Below are positions 36,245 through 46,310 of a DNA stretch of 64,000 nucleotides, in pieces. Under the pieces are notes generated by a model. The model ran no database searches and was not told the origin of the DNA. It was given only the letters and a program-made list of their open reading frames with translations. Location: contig JBFHIG010000001.1 of assembly GCA_041596615.1 (NCBI GenBank), forward strand, positions 77,382 through 141,381, in the 5' to 3' direction. Position 1 is the stretch's first letter. Every line of letters starts with the position of its first letter. The DNA is from Candidatus Moraniibacteriota bacterium. GTDB lineage: Bacteria; Patescibacteriota; Minisyncoccia; Moranbacterales; DUUL01. The position numbers and the translations under genes were made by a program.

Positions 36245-37756
36245 TTATTTGTTTCCAAGTCTCTTTTGCTTTTTCCTGTTTAGGATATTTTTGAAAATCG
36301 CCAAGTCATTTTTTTTGAATTCTTGAAAAGCCCAAAGCAAAAGAATATAGAAAGCAAAAAGGAGAGCGGAATAGACAATAAACAAATATCCGGTACGTGG
36401 GAAAAGGAAAGCTGCCAAAATCATCAAAAAAGATGCCAGTGTGATTTTGAAAAAACTTTTAAGTGGGAAAAGATATCCGAATTCTCGGTGCGTGTAGATT
36501 AATCCAAAAACCATGATAATCAAAGACATAATGGCAGTTCCACCAGCCGCCCCCAAGAGACCATAAGACTTGATCAAGAAGTAGGTGAGAAAAACATTAA
36601 GCATCAACCCAACAAGTGCAGCATACATTGGAATTTTCACCTTACCAGCTCCGTTTAAGATGAAGGTTAGGACATAGAAAACAGTCAGAAAGCCCTCAGC
36701 GATGACATAAATTGACATGACTGGTGCGGCCGCAGAAAATTCGCTTGAGTAAAAAATATTAACAAGTGGCAAAGAGAAATATGACATAAGCAAACACACT
36801 GGAATGAGAAACATGGCCAAAAAGCGCAAAGACTGACCAATGATCTTTTTAGTTTCCTCTACGTTATTGGAGGATGTTGATTTGGAAATGGCAGGCAAAA
36901 GAATAATGGTAAGCGCATAAAATAGATTGTAGGGAATAGAGCCAACAGTGTATGCAGCGTTATAGACGCCAGTCTGTATATCGGAATGCATGATGCCTTT
37001 TACAAGATAGAGATCAATGGTGTTTAGCAGTTGATAGGCAATTAGAAAAATCGTTACTGGCCAAGCAAAAGACGTTAACTTTTTCCAATCGAATGACAGT
37101 TTCTTGTCTTCTTTTGGTGACTCAATTTGCAATTCTTTCTGAACCTTGAACTTATCGATTCCGAAGCCAATCAAGAACAAAACAAAAGGAGCAATGGCAT
37201 AGCCCAAAATTGCACCATGGATGGCCAAACCATATGGTTTTAAGGCGAATGCCAACCCAATGATAAAAACTATTCTCAAGACCCCACGGCTTGTTTTGAG
37301 GAATGCTTGAATCTTGAAACGGTGCAAGCCAGTATAATAATAGAAATAGAAAGAAGCAGCTGCAAAAGCAGGAATGACAAGTGAGGATAAACGGAAGAGA
37401 TTAGTGAGACTTGAGTCGCCGAGAGCCAGTGCAATGAGCGGTGAGACAAGAAAAAATAGAACAGTCATGCCACCAACTAGGGTTGCTTGAATTTTGATTG
37501 TTTGCCATTTGATAATCCCAATGAGTCCTTTTTTATTCTCAAAAACTTCGCTTAGATATTTCGACATAGCGGTTGGAATGCTTTGTCCAATGAGCACTAT
37601 GGTCATTGTTGTTAGTGTCACAATGATAGCAAAACGTCCGTAATCAGCTGGACCCAAAAGTCGTCCCACGGCAGCATGGATGATGTAACCAGAGAGGTTA
37701 TAAATAATTTCAGAGAAAAGAACGACGAAAGTTGATTTCAATAAAAAGTTAGACAT
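36245..37756 (-). CDS. Polysaccharide flippase (Wzx/MOP family)
   Basis: GRLLGPADYG, TIDLYLV, GVYNAA, YGLLGAA; about 14 TMs. Confidence 0.88.
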   Translation of the reverse strand: MSNFLLKSTFVVLFSEIIYNLSGYIIHAAVGRLLGPADYGRFAIIVTLTTMTIVLIGQSIPTAMSKYLSEVFENKKGLIGIIKWQTIKIQATLVGGMTVLFFLVSPLIALALGDSSLTNLFRLSSLVIPAFAAASFYFYYYTGLHRFKIQAFLKTSRGVLRIVFIIGLAFALKPYGLAIHGAILGYAIAPFVLFLIGFGIDKFKVQKELQIESPKEDKKLSFDWKKLTSFAWPVTIFLIAYQLLNTIDLYLVKGIMHSDIQTGVYNAAYTVGSIPYNLFYALTIILLPAISKSTSSNNVEETKKIIGQSLRFLAMFLIPVCLLMSYFSLPLVNIFYSSEFSAAAPVMSIYVIAEGFLTVFYVLTFILNGAGKVKIPMYAALVGLMLNVFLTYFLIKSYGLLGAAGGTAIMSLIIMVFGLIYTHREFGYLFPLKSFFKITLASFLMILAAFLFPRTGYLFIVYSALLFAFYILLLWAFQEFKKNDLAIFKNILNRKKQKRLGNK

Positions 37757-37894
37757 GATGGAAATACAAGGATTAAATGTTAATCAAGCAATTTTTAAGA
37801 TTAACAACCTAGATTATTATTTTATGCTAAAATATCTATTTTCACAAACAATTTTTGTTTAACTCCAACTCCAGAGCACATTTATAATTTATAA

Positions 37895-38266
37895 TTATAA
37901 TACAGAAGCTAAAATGGGGAATATGAGTCCAATTAATAATCCGATGATAATCCCAGGTATAACACCTATTGATAGGGGGGTTTTGAATATCAAAGAAAAT
38001 ATGATTGCCATTAGCGTTGCTGTTAAGATAGATCTAAGAAGACCACCCTTGAGCGCTAGAGGTATAGTGGATGTACCAATTTTAGCAATTAAAACATTTC
38101 CACCAGGATTAGGATAAATTAATAAGTTCAAAACGATTCCCATTATATACCCCAACAGAGATCCTCCAAAAGATGCCACTAGCGCAATCCAAATTTTATG
38201 TTTAATAATCCAACACACTATCGCGCCCGTAATCAGGCCAGATAACATTGTGCAATTACGTAGCAT
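37895..38266 (-). CDS. Hypothetical membrane protein (possibly 5'-frameshifted)
   Basis: 123-aa hydrophobic Gly-rich ORF. Confidence 0.55.
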   Translation of the reverse strand: MLRNCTMLSGLITGAIVCWIIKHKIWIALVASFGGSLLGYIMGIVLNLLIYPNPGGNVLIAKIGTSTIPLALKGGLLRSILTATLMAIIFSLIFKTPLSIGVIPGIIIGLLIGLIFPILASVL

Positions 38267-38400
38267 TGTTGCTAACTCAACAACTCGGCCCCTGGTTGTG
38301 GATCAAAATTATTCATAATTTTGTAGTAAAAAATAATTAAAGATGGTTTATACAATGATATCGTGTAAAATATGATTTTTTATTCCAGCAATCAAATGGT

Positions 38401-39273
38401 CTATGGACCCACAGTTACGACACTTCCTTCGCTGTCCATTTGTACAAAGAATAAAGGGCCATTGTTTGTTGACACATTTACACACTCTGAATATATGCCA
38501 TTCTTTTTCACTTGCTCTTTGCGTATACAATCATTAATAAACTTATTTACCGCAGAAGCATCTATTTTTTGTTCTGACATATAATCTATGACCCTGCCAT
38601 AAAAAAGACGCCCATCAATTATTTTTGGTTCAGACGTTTTTACAGTTATTTTTTTGTTTGTCTGTAAATAATTATTAATTTTTATTTTATCATCTTGAGC
38701 GCCATCAAGTTGAGTTGGCTTCTCGCCATTTATATAGATTTGCCAAACTTCAACATCTAATACTTGTTCCTTCTTGGAAGAATTCAATCCCCAGGAGACC
38801 ACGAGGCCATCATTTGTGTAAACAGTTTCTGCTCTGTCAAAGCTTTCTAGCCACATACCTGCTTCTTTTGTGCTGTTGAAGTGTTGCTGACCTTCTTCTG
38901 TGACTGCATGCTCCAGTGTTTTGCAACTTCCAGGTTTCCAACTGCTTGTATTTGGAGAATAAATACCATAACTTCCGTGCCAACGGCTTTTCCTGGCTTG
39001 CTGAAGGATGGTGCAGCTCTCACTCTCCCACAAGTAGGTTCTTTCGAGACATGATCCAGCAATTATGGAAATTTTCTTTTCGCCAATTTCAGCCGCAATG
39101 CTCATTCCTTGGTTCATTACTTTTTCAACAGTTGATGAGCCTTGGCATGAAGACAGCCTAGTCAAATTATAAGGAGCAGCCCATATCAATGGTAGTTGTG
39201 AAATGATTGCAATGCCAATAAATATTGCACCTATTAAAAATAAAATTCCGCTTATTGTTTTTTTATTGATCAT
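38401..39273 (-). CDS. Hypothetical exported protein
   Basis: N-terminal TM, 290 aa, several Cys. Confidence 0.65.
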   Translation of the reverse strand: MINKKTISGILFLIGAIFIGIAIISQLPLIWAAPYNLTRLSSCQGSSTVEKVMNQGMSIAAEIGEKKISIIAGSCLERTYLWESESCTILQQARKSRWHGSYGIYSPNTSSWKPGSCKTLEHAVTEEGQQHFNSTKEAGMWLESFDRAETVYTNDGLVVSWGLNSSKKEQVLDVEVWQIYINGEKPTQLDGAQDDKIKINNYLQTNKKITVKTSEPKIIDGRLFYGRVIDYMSEQKIDASAVNKFINDCIRKEQVKKNGIYSECVNVSTNNGPLFFVQMDSEGSVVTVGP

Positions 39274-39326
39274 AATTTAGTTATGGTTGCTTAATTATCC
39301 TTTAAAGACCTATTCTAGTATTTTTT

Positions 39327-39767
39327 CTATTTAGAACATTTCTCCAGAGCCATTCTTGTTATGCGCGTTAGGTCTTGCCTTTCAAGTAAATTTTCTAGAG
39401 TATCTACTACTAGCATCGAAGCTGCCTCTGCGTCGTCAGAAAAGTCTGGATCAAGAGTCGCGAGGTCAATATTTTTAAGCAGGAAAACATGCACTACGTC
39501 TTCAGACTCATCATATTCTAGCGTTTTTTGGAACACACCCACTTCTTTTGCAGGATGGTTGGAAATATCTAGATTTAATTCTTCCATTATTTCACGATTA
39601 AGTGAATCTCGAAGACTTTCACCTTTTTCCATGCCACCTCCATACATACTAACTTTTCCCTTGTTTATGGGGTTGATGTTGTAGGCTAAATCTTTTTGTT
39701 GAAGCACAATTTTATCATCATTTGTGATAATAATTGCATGTACCCCTGTTTTTGGTGATTCGTTCAT
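39327..39767 (-). CDS. NUDIX hydrolase
   Basis: GGMEKGESLRDSLNREIMEELNL. Confidence 0.88.
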   Translation of the reverse strand: MNESPKTGVHAIIITNDDKIVLQQKDLAYNINPINKGKVSMYGGGMEKGESLRDSLNREIMEELNLDISNHPAKEVGVFQKTLEYDESEDVVHVFLLKNIDLATLDPDFSDDAEAASMLVVDTLENLLERQDLTRITRMALEKCSK

Positions 39768-39880
39768 GGTGGAGTTGTAAAATTATTTTTAATTTTAAAT
39801 ATTGAGAAGAAACTTATTGTCTGAGTTTCTTTGTTTGTTTTAAGTGAAAGCATTTATCTGGCCATGAAACACAACTGCTG

Positions 39881-39911
39881 AACCGGGCTAAAAGCCCGCT
39901 TCAGCGCGAAT
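39881..39911 (+). repeat. REP-like hairpin repeat, family A (empty copy)
   Basis: AACCGGGCTAAAAGCCCGCTTCAGCGCGAAT, 30/31 identical to 9517-9547. Confidence 0.8.
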
Positions 39912-39969
39912 CTTTTTGTAGTTTCGGTTGATGAAAGGCTACTTGGACAAGCTCGCTACAGTGTAGAGA

Positions 39970-40248
39970 TTAATCTTCAAATGTTTTAAATTCTAGGCCA
40001 TCTACGCTAACAACATATTTCCATCCTTTCTTAAATGGTGCAAGAAATTTAGGGGTTATCATCTCGATTATTATTTCATGTTCTTCTGCCTCTTCACGAA
40101 TAATCAATTCATGTTTTTTCGCGGTCAAAATAAAATAATCTCCAGCAGCTTCTCCATTAACCTTGAACCCTGATTTACCTGTGAATTTGTTAAATTTAAA
40201 TTCAATATTATATTGATCTTGATTACCAACTACAAATTTTAATAACAT
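39970..40248 (-). CDS. Small beta-rich hypothetical protein
   Basis: 92-aa ORF co-oriented with neighbours. Confidence 0.55.
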   Translation of the reverse strand: MLLKFVVGNQDQYNIEFKFNKFTGKSGFKVNGEAAGDYFILTAKKHELIIREEAEEHEIIIEMITPKFLAPFKKGWKYVVSVDGLEFKTFED

Positions 40249-40292
40249 AAACTTTATTTATTTTTTTATAGGCACTCAGCTTCCTACAAACC

Positions 40293-41210
40293 TTACAACC
40301 ACTTCTTCCTACGAAAGAATGTAAGCAGAAAAATGACTGTAAGTGACATAAAGCCAAGAATCACCCAGAAGGTAACTGCTTTGCTGGCGATTGTGAAAGA
40401 CTCAAAAGGCGCCATACTGAAAATTCCCACAGTCACGGAAAGTGTAAAAGTAATCAGGGATATTGATGTTAGAAATCGCATAGCTTCATTTGTTTGATAT
40501 GAAACCAGAGCGTTATTTGTTTCTTCAAGAGAAGTAATAACCTCCTTGGTGTTTTCAAGTGCATTCCAAACCCTGATATTGGTTCCAATTAAATCTTGAA
40601 AATATTTATTTAAATTATCCTCCAAAAGTACATAATGTTTTTGAACAAGTGACTCCAGAATGCTTCTTTGAGGCTTTAAAGTTCTTCTAAAAGCCAAAAT
40701 ATCTCTTTTTACAAGAGATATTTCATAGACCATCTTTCTTTCGTTTCCGTTGAAAATCTGTTTTTCGATTTCACTCAATTGTTCGTCGATATGATCAATT
40801 TTTGGGAAACAGGAGTCTAGGAGTTTTTCAAGTATACAGTACAGAAGAAATCCTGTTGAGTTTGACATTGCTCTATTTTTTGCATTTTCATTTTCATTAA
40901 ACTCTTTTATAATTGCTTTTAGAGGAATATTGTCCCCAACATGAGCAGTGAATAGATGGTCTTTTGTGATTACGATATCAAGCTCTCCCGGGGAAGTGAC
41001 TCTTTTTTTGCGATCAAAAAGAGGAATGTGCATAACCAGGTAAAGACAATTATCAAATTCCTGCGCAAGCGGTCGTTGTGACGGGGAAGTGAACTCATCA
41101 AGAACAAGCGTGTCTAAGTTAAAATTATTTTTTATGTATAGAACATCTTTAGGGGTTGGATTTTGAATATCAAACCAAGTCATCTTGTTTCCCTTGATTT
41201 CATTCACCAT
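40293..41210 (-). CDS. corA: CorA-family Mg2+/Co2+ transporter
   Basis: WFDIQNPT, long cytoplasmic helices, NEAMRFLT, two C-terminal TMs; GMN motif diverged (GIFSMAP). Confidence 0.85.
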   Translation of the reverse strand: MVNEIKGNKMTWFDIQNPTPKDVLYIKNNFNLDTLVLDEFTSPSQRPLAQEFDNCLYLVMHIPLFDRKKRVTSPGELDIVITKDHLFTAHVGDNIPLKAIIKEFNENENAKNRAMSNSTGFLLYCILEKLLDSCFPKIDHIDEQLSEIEKQIFNGNERKMVYEISLVKRDILAFRRTLKPQRSILESLVQKHYVLLEDNLNKYFQDLIGTNIRVWNALENTKEVITSLEETNNALVSYQTNEAMRFLTSISLITFTLSVTVGIFSMAPFESFTIASKAVTFWVILGFMSLTVIFLLTFFRRKKWL

Positions 41211-41375
41211 AAATTTTCTATGTTTTTTTGTTAGTATTTTTATCGCCTGTAACTATTCTAGCAAAAAAAATCCTTATTTAAAAGTTTTCTTTTTTAATTA
41301 AGATACAGTTAGCTTGCTAAATTTAAAAAAGAGTATTTAATTAAGAAAAGAGAATCAATTTTTAAGTTTAAATTA

Positions 41376-41648
41376 GTGAAAAAAATTCTAATTTTTTTAA
41401 TAAAACTATATCAAAAAACACTTTCGAGAGATACAGGATTCCTCTCCTATTTTTATAGCGAAAGAACTTGTAGGTTTCATCCTACTTGCTCGCAATATAC
41501 CCTAGAAGCAATCCAGCGCTTTGGTTCAGTCAAGGGTTCTTACTTAGGATTCCGTAGGATTATTCGTTGTCACCCCTGGAATAAGGGAGGGATTGACTAT
41601 ATTCCAAAAAAAAGTGATAATGAAGGGCAAAAGAAGCGAAAAGCTTGA
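41376..41648 (+). CDS. yidD: Membrane protein insertion efficiency factor YidD
   Basis: [24 protein letters not shown]. Confidence 0.95.
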   Translation: MKKILIFLIKLYQKTLSRDTGFLSYFYSERTCRFHPTCSQYTLEAIQRFGSVKGSYLGFRRIIRCHPWNKGGIDYIPKKSDNEGQKKRKA

Positions 41649-41663
41649 GGCAATGTTAAGATT

Positions 41664-43211
41664 TTGAAATTAAAAATTAGTCAGAAGCGCTTAATGCAGA
41701 AAATAATAAAGCCAAAAACATTAAAAGAGCTTATTTCCTTAAGGAAAACTCCTTATAATGCGAAGAGGATCGAGCGAATAACAATCGCTTATGATTTTGC
41801 TAAAAAAGCACATGAGGGACAAAAGAGAAAATCTGGTGAAGATTATTTTGTTCATTGTGTTGAAACTGCTGCTACATTGGTAAAAATGGGACTTGGTTCG
41901 GTGACTGTCTCGGCCGCACTTTTGCATGATGTTCCAGAAGATACGAAAGTGACATTGAGGGATGTGGAAGATGTTTTTGGAAAGGAAATCGCTTTTATTG
42001 TTGAAGGAGTAACAAAGTTGGGGCATGTTAGATTGAAAGGTAGTATTGAAGAATATTATCTAGACAATCTAAGAAAGATGTTTATGGCAATGGCAGCCGA
42101 TATCCGTGTAATTTTGATTAAGCTTGCCGATAGGCTTCATAACATGAGGACCCTCGAGGCATTGCCAGAAAACAAGAGATTTAGAATTGCAAAGGAAACA
42201 ATGGAGATTTTTGTTCCAATTGCAAATCGTTTTGGAATTGGAGAAATTAAGGGAGAGCTTGAAGATTTGGCTTTTAAATATATTGAACCTGAAAAATATG
42301 ACTTTACAGTTAAATTGGAAACAGAAGCATATAAATCAAGAGAACAATATATAAAATCTGCAATTGTAGAGTTGCAAAAAGAGTTGAAGATTACGGGGAT
42401 AAAATTAATTGATATTCATGGTAGGGCAAAAAGGTACTACAGTTTGTACAAAAAGCTTGAGAAATATGACATGAATATTGACAAAGTCTATGATTTGGTC
42501 GCAATCAGGCTTGTTGTTACAACAGTCGCTGCTTGTTATGAGACACTGGGAATTGTGCATAGGAAATACAGACCGCTTATCGGGCGTATTAAGGATTATA
42601 TATCTTTGCCAAAACCAAATGGATATAAATCAATTCACACAACCGTTTTTGGACCAGAAGGGAAAATACTTGAAATTCAAATTAGAACAGAAAGAATGCA
42701 CGATGAGGCTGAATTTGGAATTGCTGCTCATTGGATATATACGCAAGGAAGAACTTGGAAAGACATTGTTTTAAGAAGAGAACCGAAATCAGGCGAGGTT
42801 CCGGAAAAAGAATTAGAATGGGTCCAGCAATTAAAACAATGGCACACCGAAACGGGAGGAGAGAGTGATGATTTTTGGCGCTCAATTAAATTTGATTTTT
42901 TTAAAAATCATATATTTGCCTTTACTCCAAGTGGGGATGTCATAGAGTTGCCAGAAGGAGCAACTCCTATAGATTTTGCCTACAGAATTCACTCCGAGGT
43001 TGGCAACAGGGCTATGGGTGCAAAGGCAAATGGGAAGATGGTGTCCCTTGACTATGTTATTCACAACGGTGATTTATTAGAAATTGTTACATCTAAAGAG
43101 AAAAAATTGCCAAGTCGTGATTGGTTGAAATTTGTAAAAACAGCTCATGCTCAGGCTAAAATAAAAAACACTTTAAGAAAAGGTGGTATACACATAGTGA
43201 GGCAAAAGTAG
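41664..43211 (+). CDS. relA: RelA/SpoT (p)ppGpp hydrolase-synthetase ending at TGS (start may be 41694)
   Basis: HEGQKRKSGEDY, LLHDV, KLADRLHNMRTL, KDYI..PKPNGYKSIHT, TPIDFAYRIH. Confidence 0.93.
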   Translation: MKLKISQKRLMQKIIKPKTLKELISLRKTPYNAKRIERITIAYDFAKKAHEGQKRKSGEDYFVHCVETAATLVKMGLGSVTVSAALLHDVPEDTKVTLRDVEDVFGKEIAFIVEGVTKLGHVRLKGSIEEYYLDNLRKMFMAMAADIRVILIKLADRLHNMRTLEALPENKRFRIAKETMEIFVPIANRFGIGEIKGELEDLAFKYIEPEKYDFTVKLETEAYKSREQYIKSAIVELQKELKITGIKLIDIHGRAKRYYSLYKKLEKYDMNIDKVYDLVAIRLVVTTVAACYETLGIVHRKYRPLIGRIKDYISLPKPNGYKSIHTTVFGPEGKILEIQIRTERMHDEAEFGIAAHWIYTQGRTWKDIVLRREPKSGEVPEKELEWVQQLKQWHTETGGESDDFWRSIKFDFFKNHIFAFTPSGDVIELPEGATPIDFAYRIHSEVGNRAMGAKANGKMVSLDYVIHNGDLLEIVTSKEKKLPSRDWLKFVKTAHAQAKIKNTLRKGGIHIVRQK

Positions 43212-43286
43212 TTTTAATTGACAGAGAAAGTTTTTTGTGTAAGAATGAATTCAAGTTGGTTTAGACGACTTATGTGCGAATTTAAT

Positions 43287-43360
43287 CGCGGGGTGGAGCA
43301 GTTTGGTAGCTCGACTGGCTCATAACCAGTAGGTCACCGGTTCAAATCCGGTCCCCGCAA
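43287..43360 (+). tRNA. Initiator tRNA-fMet(CAT)
   Basis: CGCGGGGTGGAGCAG...; C1:A72 mismatch; anticodon arm ACTGG-CTCATAA-CCAGT. Confidence 0.93.
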
Positions 43361-43463
43361 CAAGATTTCAGATTTCAATTTTCAATTCTCAGTTTTCAAT
43401 CTCATATGCAAGTTGAAAATTGTTCAAAGAAAATTGATTTTTTTATGTAAATTTAGATAATAT

Positions 43464-43537
43464 GGCGGCGTAGCTCAGTTGGTTAGAGCGTGGGACTCAT
43501 AAGCCCGAGGTCAGAGGTTCAACTCCTCTCGCCGCTA
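43464..43537 (+). tRNA. tRNA-Met(CAT), probably elongator
   Basis: GGCGGCG...CGCCGCTA acceptor; loop CTCATAA. Confidence 0.9.
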
Positions 43538-43614
43538 CAATTTTTTTGTAAGTGATATTGTATCTTTGCATGAAAAAATAAAAACGAAAACTAAATATTT
43601 AGTCTTAAATTTTT

Positions 43615-44790
43615 ATGAAAATAGGACTTGACATTCGAACTGTAGGGAAAAATAGAACGGGAGATGAGACCGTTACAATGCAACTGGTGACTAATCTTTT
43701 GAAAGCCAAGGCAAGGGGTGTTTTTTCTTTGTACACAGATACAAAAGAAAAATCTACTTTAGAAGAAATTGAAAAAAAGTTTGATTCTAAAGAAAATAAT
43801 AATTTCAAAGTTCACTCTGTTTTACCTGCTAAGAAGGCACTTTGGACACTTTGGTCTTTGCCTAGTTTTATAAAAAAATTTCCTGTTGATATATTGCATG
43901 TGCAATATATAACACCAATTTGGCTTCCCAAAAAAGTAAAGCTGGTGACAACAATTCATGACATTTCTTTTGCAAGATTTCCTAGATTTATAGATAAAAA
44001 AGATCTTTTCCTTTTGAATAACTTTATCCCTTTGTCGTTGAAAAGAGCGGATAAAATAATTGCAGTATCAGAATTCACAAAAAAAGAAATAGTTGATGTC
44101 TATAAGATTGATGAAAAAAAAATTGAAGTTGTCTATAACGGTGGCGCATCAGAAGTTTTTTCTAAAAAAAGTTCAGACCAGGAGATTCTCAATTTCGTAA
44201 AAAAAAATAAATTACCTAAGGAATTTATTTTATACGTGGGCACTCTGCAACCAAGAAAAAATATCCCATTTTTGTTAAGAAACTTTGTTGAATTTAAAAA
44301 GAAATTTACCACTAAAGAAGGCATTGATAACTTGTGTTTGGTTATAGGGGGGAATAGAGCTGGACATAATTATGACAAGGAAATTGATTCAGTAATGAAG
44401 GAGGTTGAAAGAAAAACGCCAAAAATTGCAAAGCAGATTATTTTTTCAGGTTTTATTCCGGATAAGGATTTGCCAATGTATTATAAAGCAGCAAAATTGA
44501 TATGCATTTGTTCAAGATATGAAGGATTTGGATTGCCAGCAATTGAAGCTATGGCAAGCGAAACTCCTGTTTTATCAACCGATGCCTCTTGCATGCCAGA
44601 AATTTGCTCAGATGCTGCAATGCTATATAAACAGGATGAAGATGGTGATTTTGTTAAAAAATTATTTAAGCTGATTAGTGATAAAGATTGTGCAGAAGAT
44701 TTGATAAAAAAAGGCAAAGCAAGAGCAAAGGACTTCAGCTGGGAGAGAACTGCAGACAAAGTGATGGGTGTGTATAAGAAACTAAAATAA
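43615..44790 (+). CDS. Glycosyltransferase family 4 (GT-B)
   Basis: TIHD, YVGTLQPRKN, YEGFGLPAIEAMA. Confidence 0.93.
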   Translation: MKIGLDIRTVGKNRTGDETVTMQLVTNLLKAKARGVFSLYTDTKEKSTLEEIEKKFDSKENNNFKVHSVLPAKKALWTLWSLPSFIKKFPVDILHVQYITPIWLPKKVKLVTTIHDISFARFPRFIDKKDLFLLNNFIPLSLKRADKIIAVSEFTKKEIVDVYKIDEKKIEVVYNGGASEVFSKKSSDQEILNFVKKNKLPKEFILYVGTLQPRKNIPFLLRNFVEFKKKFTTKEGIDNLCLVIGGNRAGHNYDKEIDSVMKEVERKTPKIAKQIIFSGFIPDKDLPMYYKAAKLICICSRYEGFGLPAIEAMASETPVLSTDASCMPEICSDAAMLYKQDEDGDFVKKLFKLISDKDCAEDLIKKGKARAKDFSWERTADKVMGVYKKLK

Positions 44791-44911
44791 AGAAATAGCT
44801 AACACTAAGACTATTTGACACTATTGAAGTTTAACAGTAAAAGGTGTATATTTGATGTGTTAAGTTTGAAGAGTGGTAACAGTTTAGGTAATTTAAATTA
44901 ATTTTTTTAAT

Positions 44912-46294
44912 ATGCAGACATTTTTAAGAAAAAAAAGACAAACAGGACTTCGAAGTCAGAAGCAAAATGGGGCTTTTTATAAGAAAAAAATCTTTTGGGT
45001 TTTTGCTGTTATTGTTTTTGCTATTTTATCTATAGGAGGGGGTTTCTTGTATAAATCAGGAAGCGTTTTAAGTAAAATATCAGGAGGCAATCAATCAGCC
45101 CTAAAAAGTCTTTTGGGTGTTGCTTCGGGAGACGAAATAAAGCAAGAGGGCGATGGAAGAACTAATATATTGCTTTTGGGAGTAAGAGGTACAAACATTC
45201 TAGGAGGAGATCTTTTGTCTGATGTTAATATGGTAATTTCTTTGAAGAAAGATGAAGACAAAATTGCTTTAGTTTCAATTCCGCGGGATTTATACGTAAA
45301 AATTCCAGGATCGGAAAATTCTTCAAAAATAAACGCTATCCATGCATATGGTGAGCAGGGTGAAAAAAACGAAGGTCTGGATCAGATGAAAAAAATCGTT
45401 GGTGAGATAACTGGTATGAACATTCACTATGCTGCCTCAATTAACTTCACTGGGTTCAAGCAACTTATAGATGCAGTTGATGGCGTGAATGTTAACTTGG
45501 AAACACCATTTTATGAGGTTTCTCAGTTTGTTCAAGGGAATGAATGTGGAGGAGAATTCACTCTGCCAGCAGGAGATAATCACCTAGATGGGGAGACTGC
45601 ACTTTGTTATGTTAGGGCAAGAGAAAATACCTCTGATTTTGACCGAGCTAAAAGGCAACAAGTTGTTTTACAGTCTCTAAAAGACAAAATGATTTCACTC
45701 GGAACACTAACTGATTTTGGAAGAGTTGGAAAGGTATTGGATGCAGTTGGGGAAAATGTCAAAACTGACATGCCACCAAGTGAAATGAGAGGTTTCTTTG
45801 ATGAATATGTGGGAATGCAAAATGCTGAAATTTATCAAAGAGTTCTAGAGAATACAGAAGAAGGTTTGTTGACAGTGCCTGATGATATACAAGGAGCGGG
45901 ATATGTTCTTGTACCAAGAGCTGGTAGGGATAATTATTCAGAAATCCAGGATGTTTGTAAGAATATTTTTACAATTGCAAGACAAAGTGATGTTGATCCA
46001 GTAAATCAATACGCTAAACCACAAAGGAAAATTAGAACTATCCCTGTTGAAGTTACTGGTTCGGTTGATGCTTCTAGTGGTTATAAGACAAAAGTGACTC
46101 AAAAGATTTTCCAGATTGAAATAGAGGGAAGCTACAGTGAGAATCAAATTACAATTGATCTTAGTAAATTGAGTAAAATAAAAGAGACTGGAACTACTAA
46201 TTTTAAGATAGAAGACCTAAATATTCCTGAAGGAACGAAGGTGATTTCACACACTGGAACCAAGACTGTTTTGAAAATAGAAACATCAAAGTAA
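44912..46294 (+). CDS. LCP (LytR-CpsA-Psr) family protein with extra C-terminal beta domain
   Basis: NILLLG, VSIPRDLYV, KINA, YVRAR..SDFDRAKRQQ. Confidence 0.92.
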   Translation: MQTFLRKKRQTGLRSQKQNGAFYKKKIFWVFAVIVFAILSIGGGFLYKSGSVLSKISGGNQSALKSLLGVASGDEIKQEGDGRTNILLLGVRGTNILGGDLLSDVNMVISLKKDEDKIALVSIPRDLYVKIPGSENSSKINAIHAYGEQGEKNEGLDQMKKIVGEITGMNIHYAASINFTGFKQLIDAVDGVNVNLETPFYEVSQFVQGNECGGEFTLPAGDNHLDGETALCYVRARENTSDFDRAKRQQVVLQSLKDKMISLGTLTDFGRVGKVLDAVGENVKTDMPPSEMRGFFDEYVGMQNAEIYQRVLENTEEGLLTVPDDIQGAGYVLVPRAGRDNYSEIQDVCKNIFTIARQSDVDPVNQYAKPQRKIRTIPVEVTGSVDASSGYKTKVTQKIFQIEIEGSYSENQITIDLSKLSKIKETGTTNFKIEDLNIPEGTKVISHTGTKTVLKIETSK

Positions 46295-46310
46295 AAAATA
46301 ACCCCAATCC

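Noticed and set aside
37760-40290. Integron cassette array
   Set aside because: Spacers lack RYYYAAC...GTTRRRY attC structure and no integrase is present
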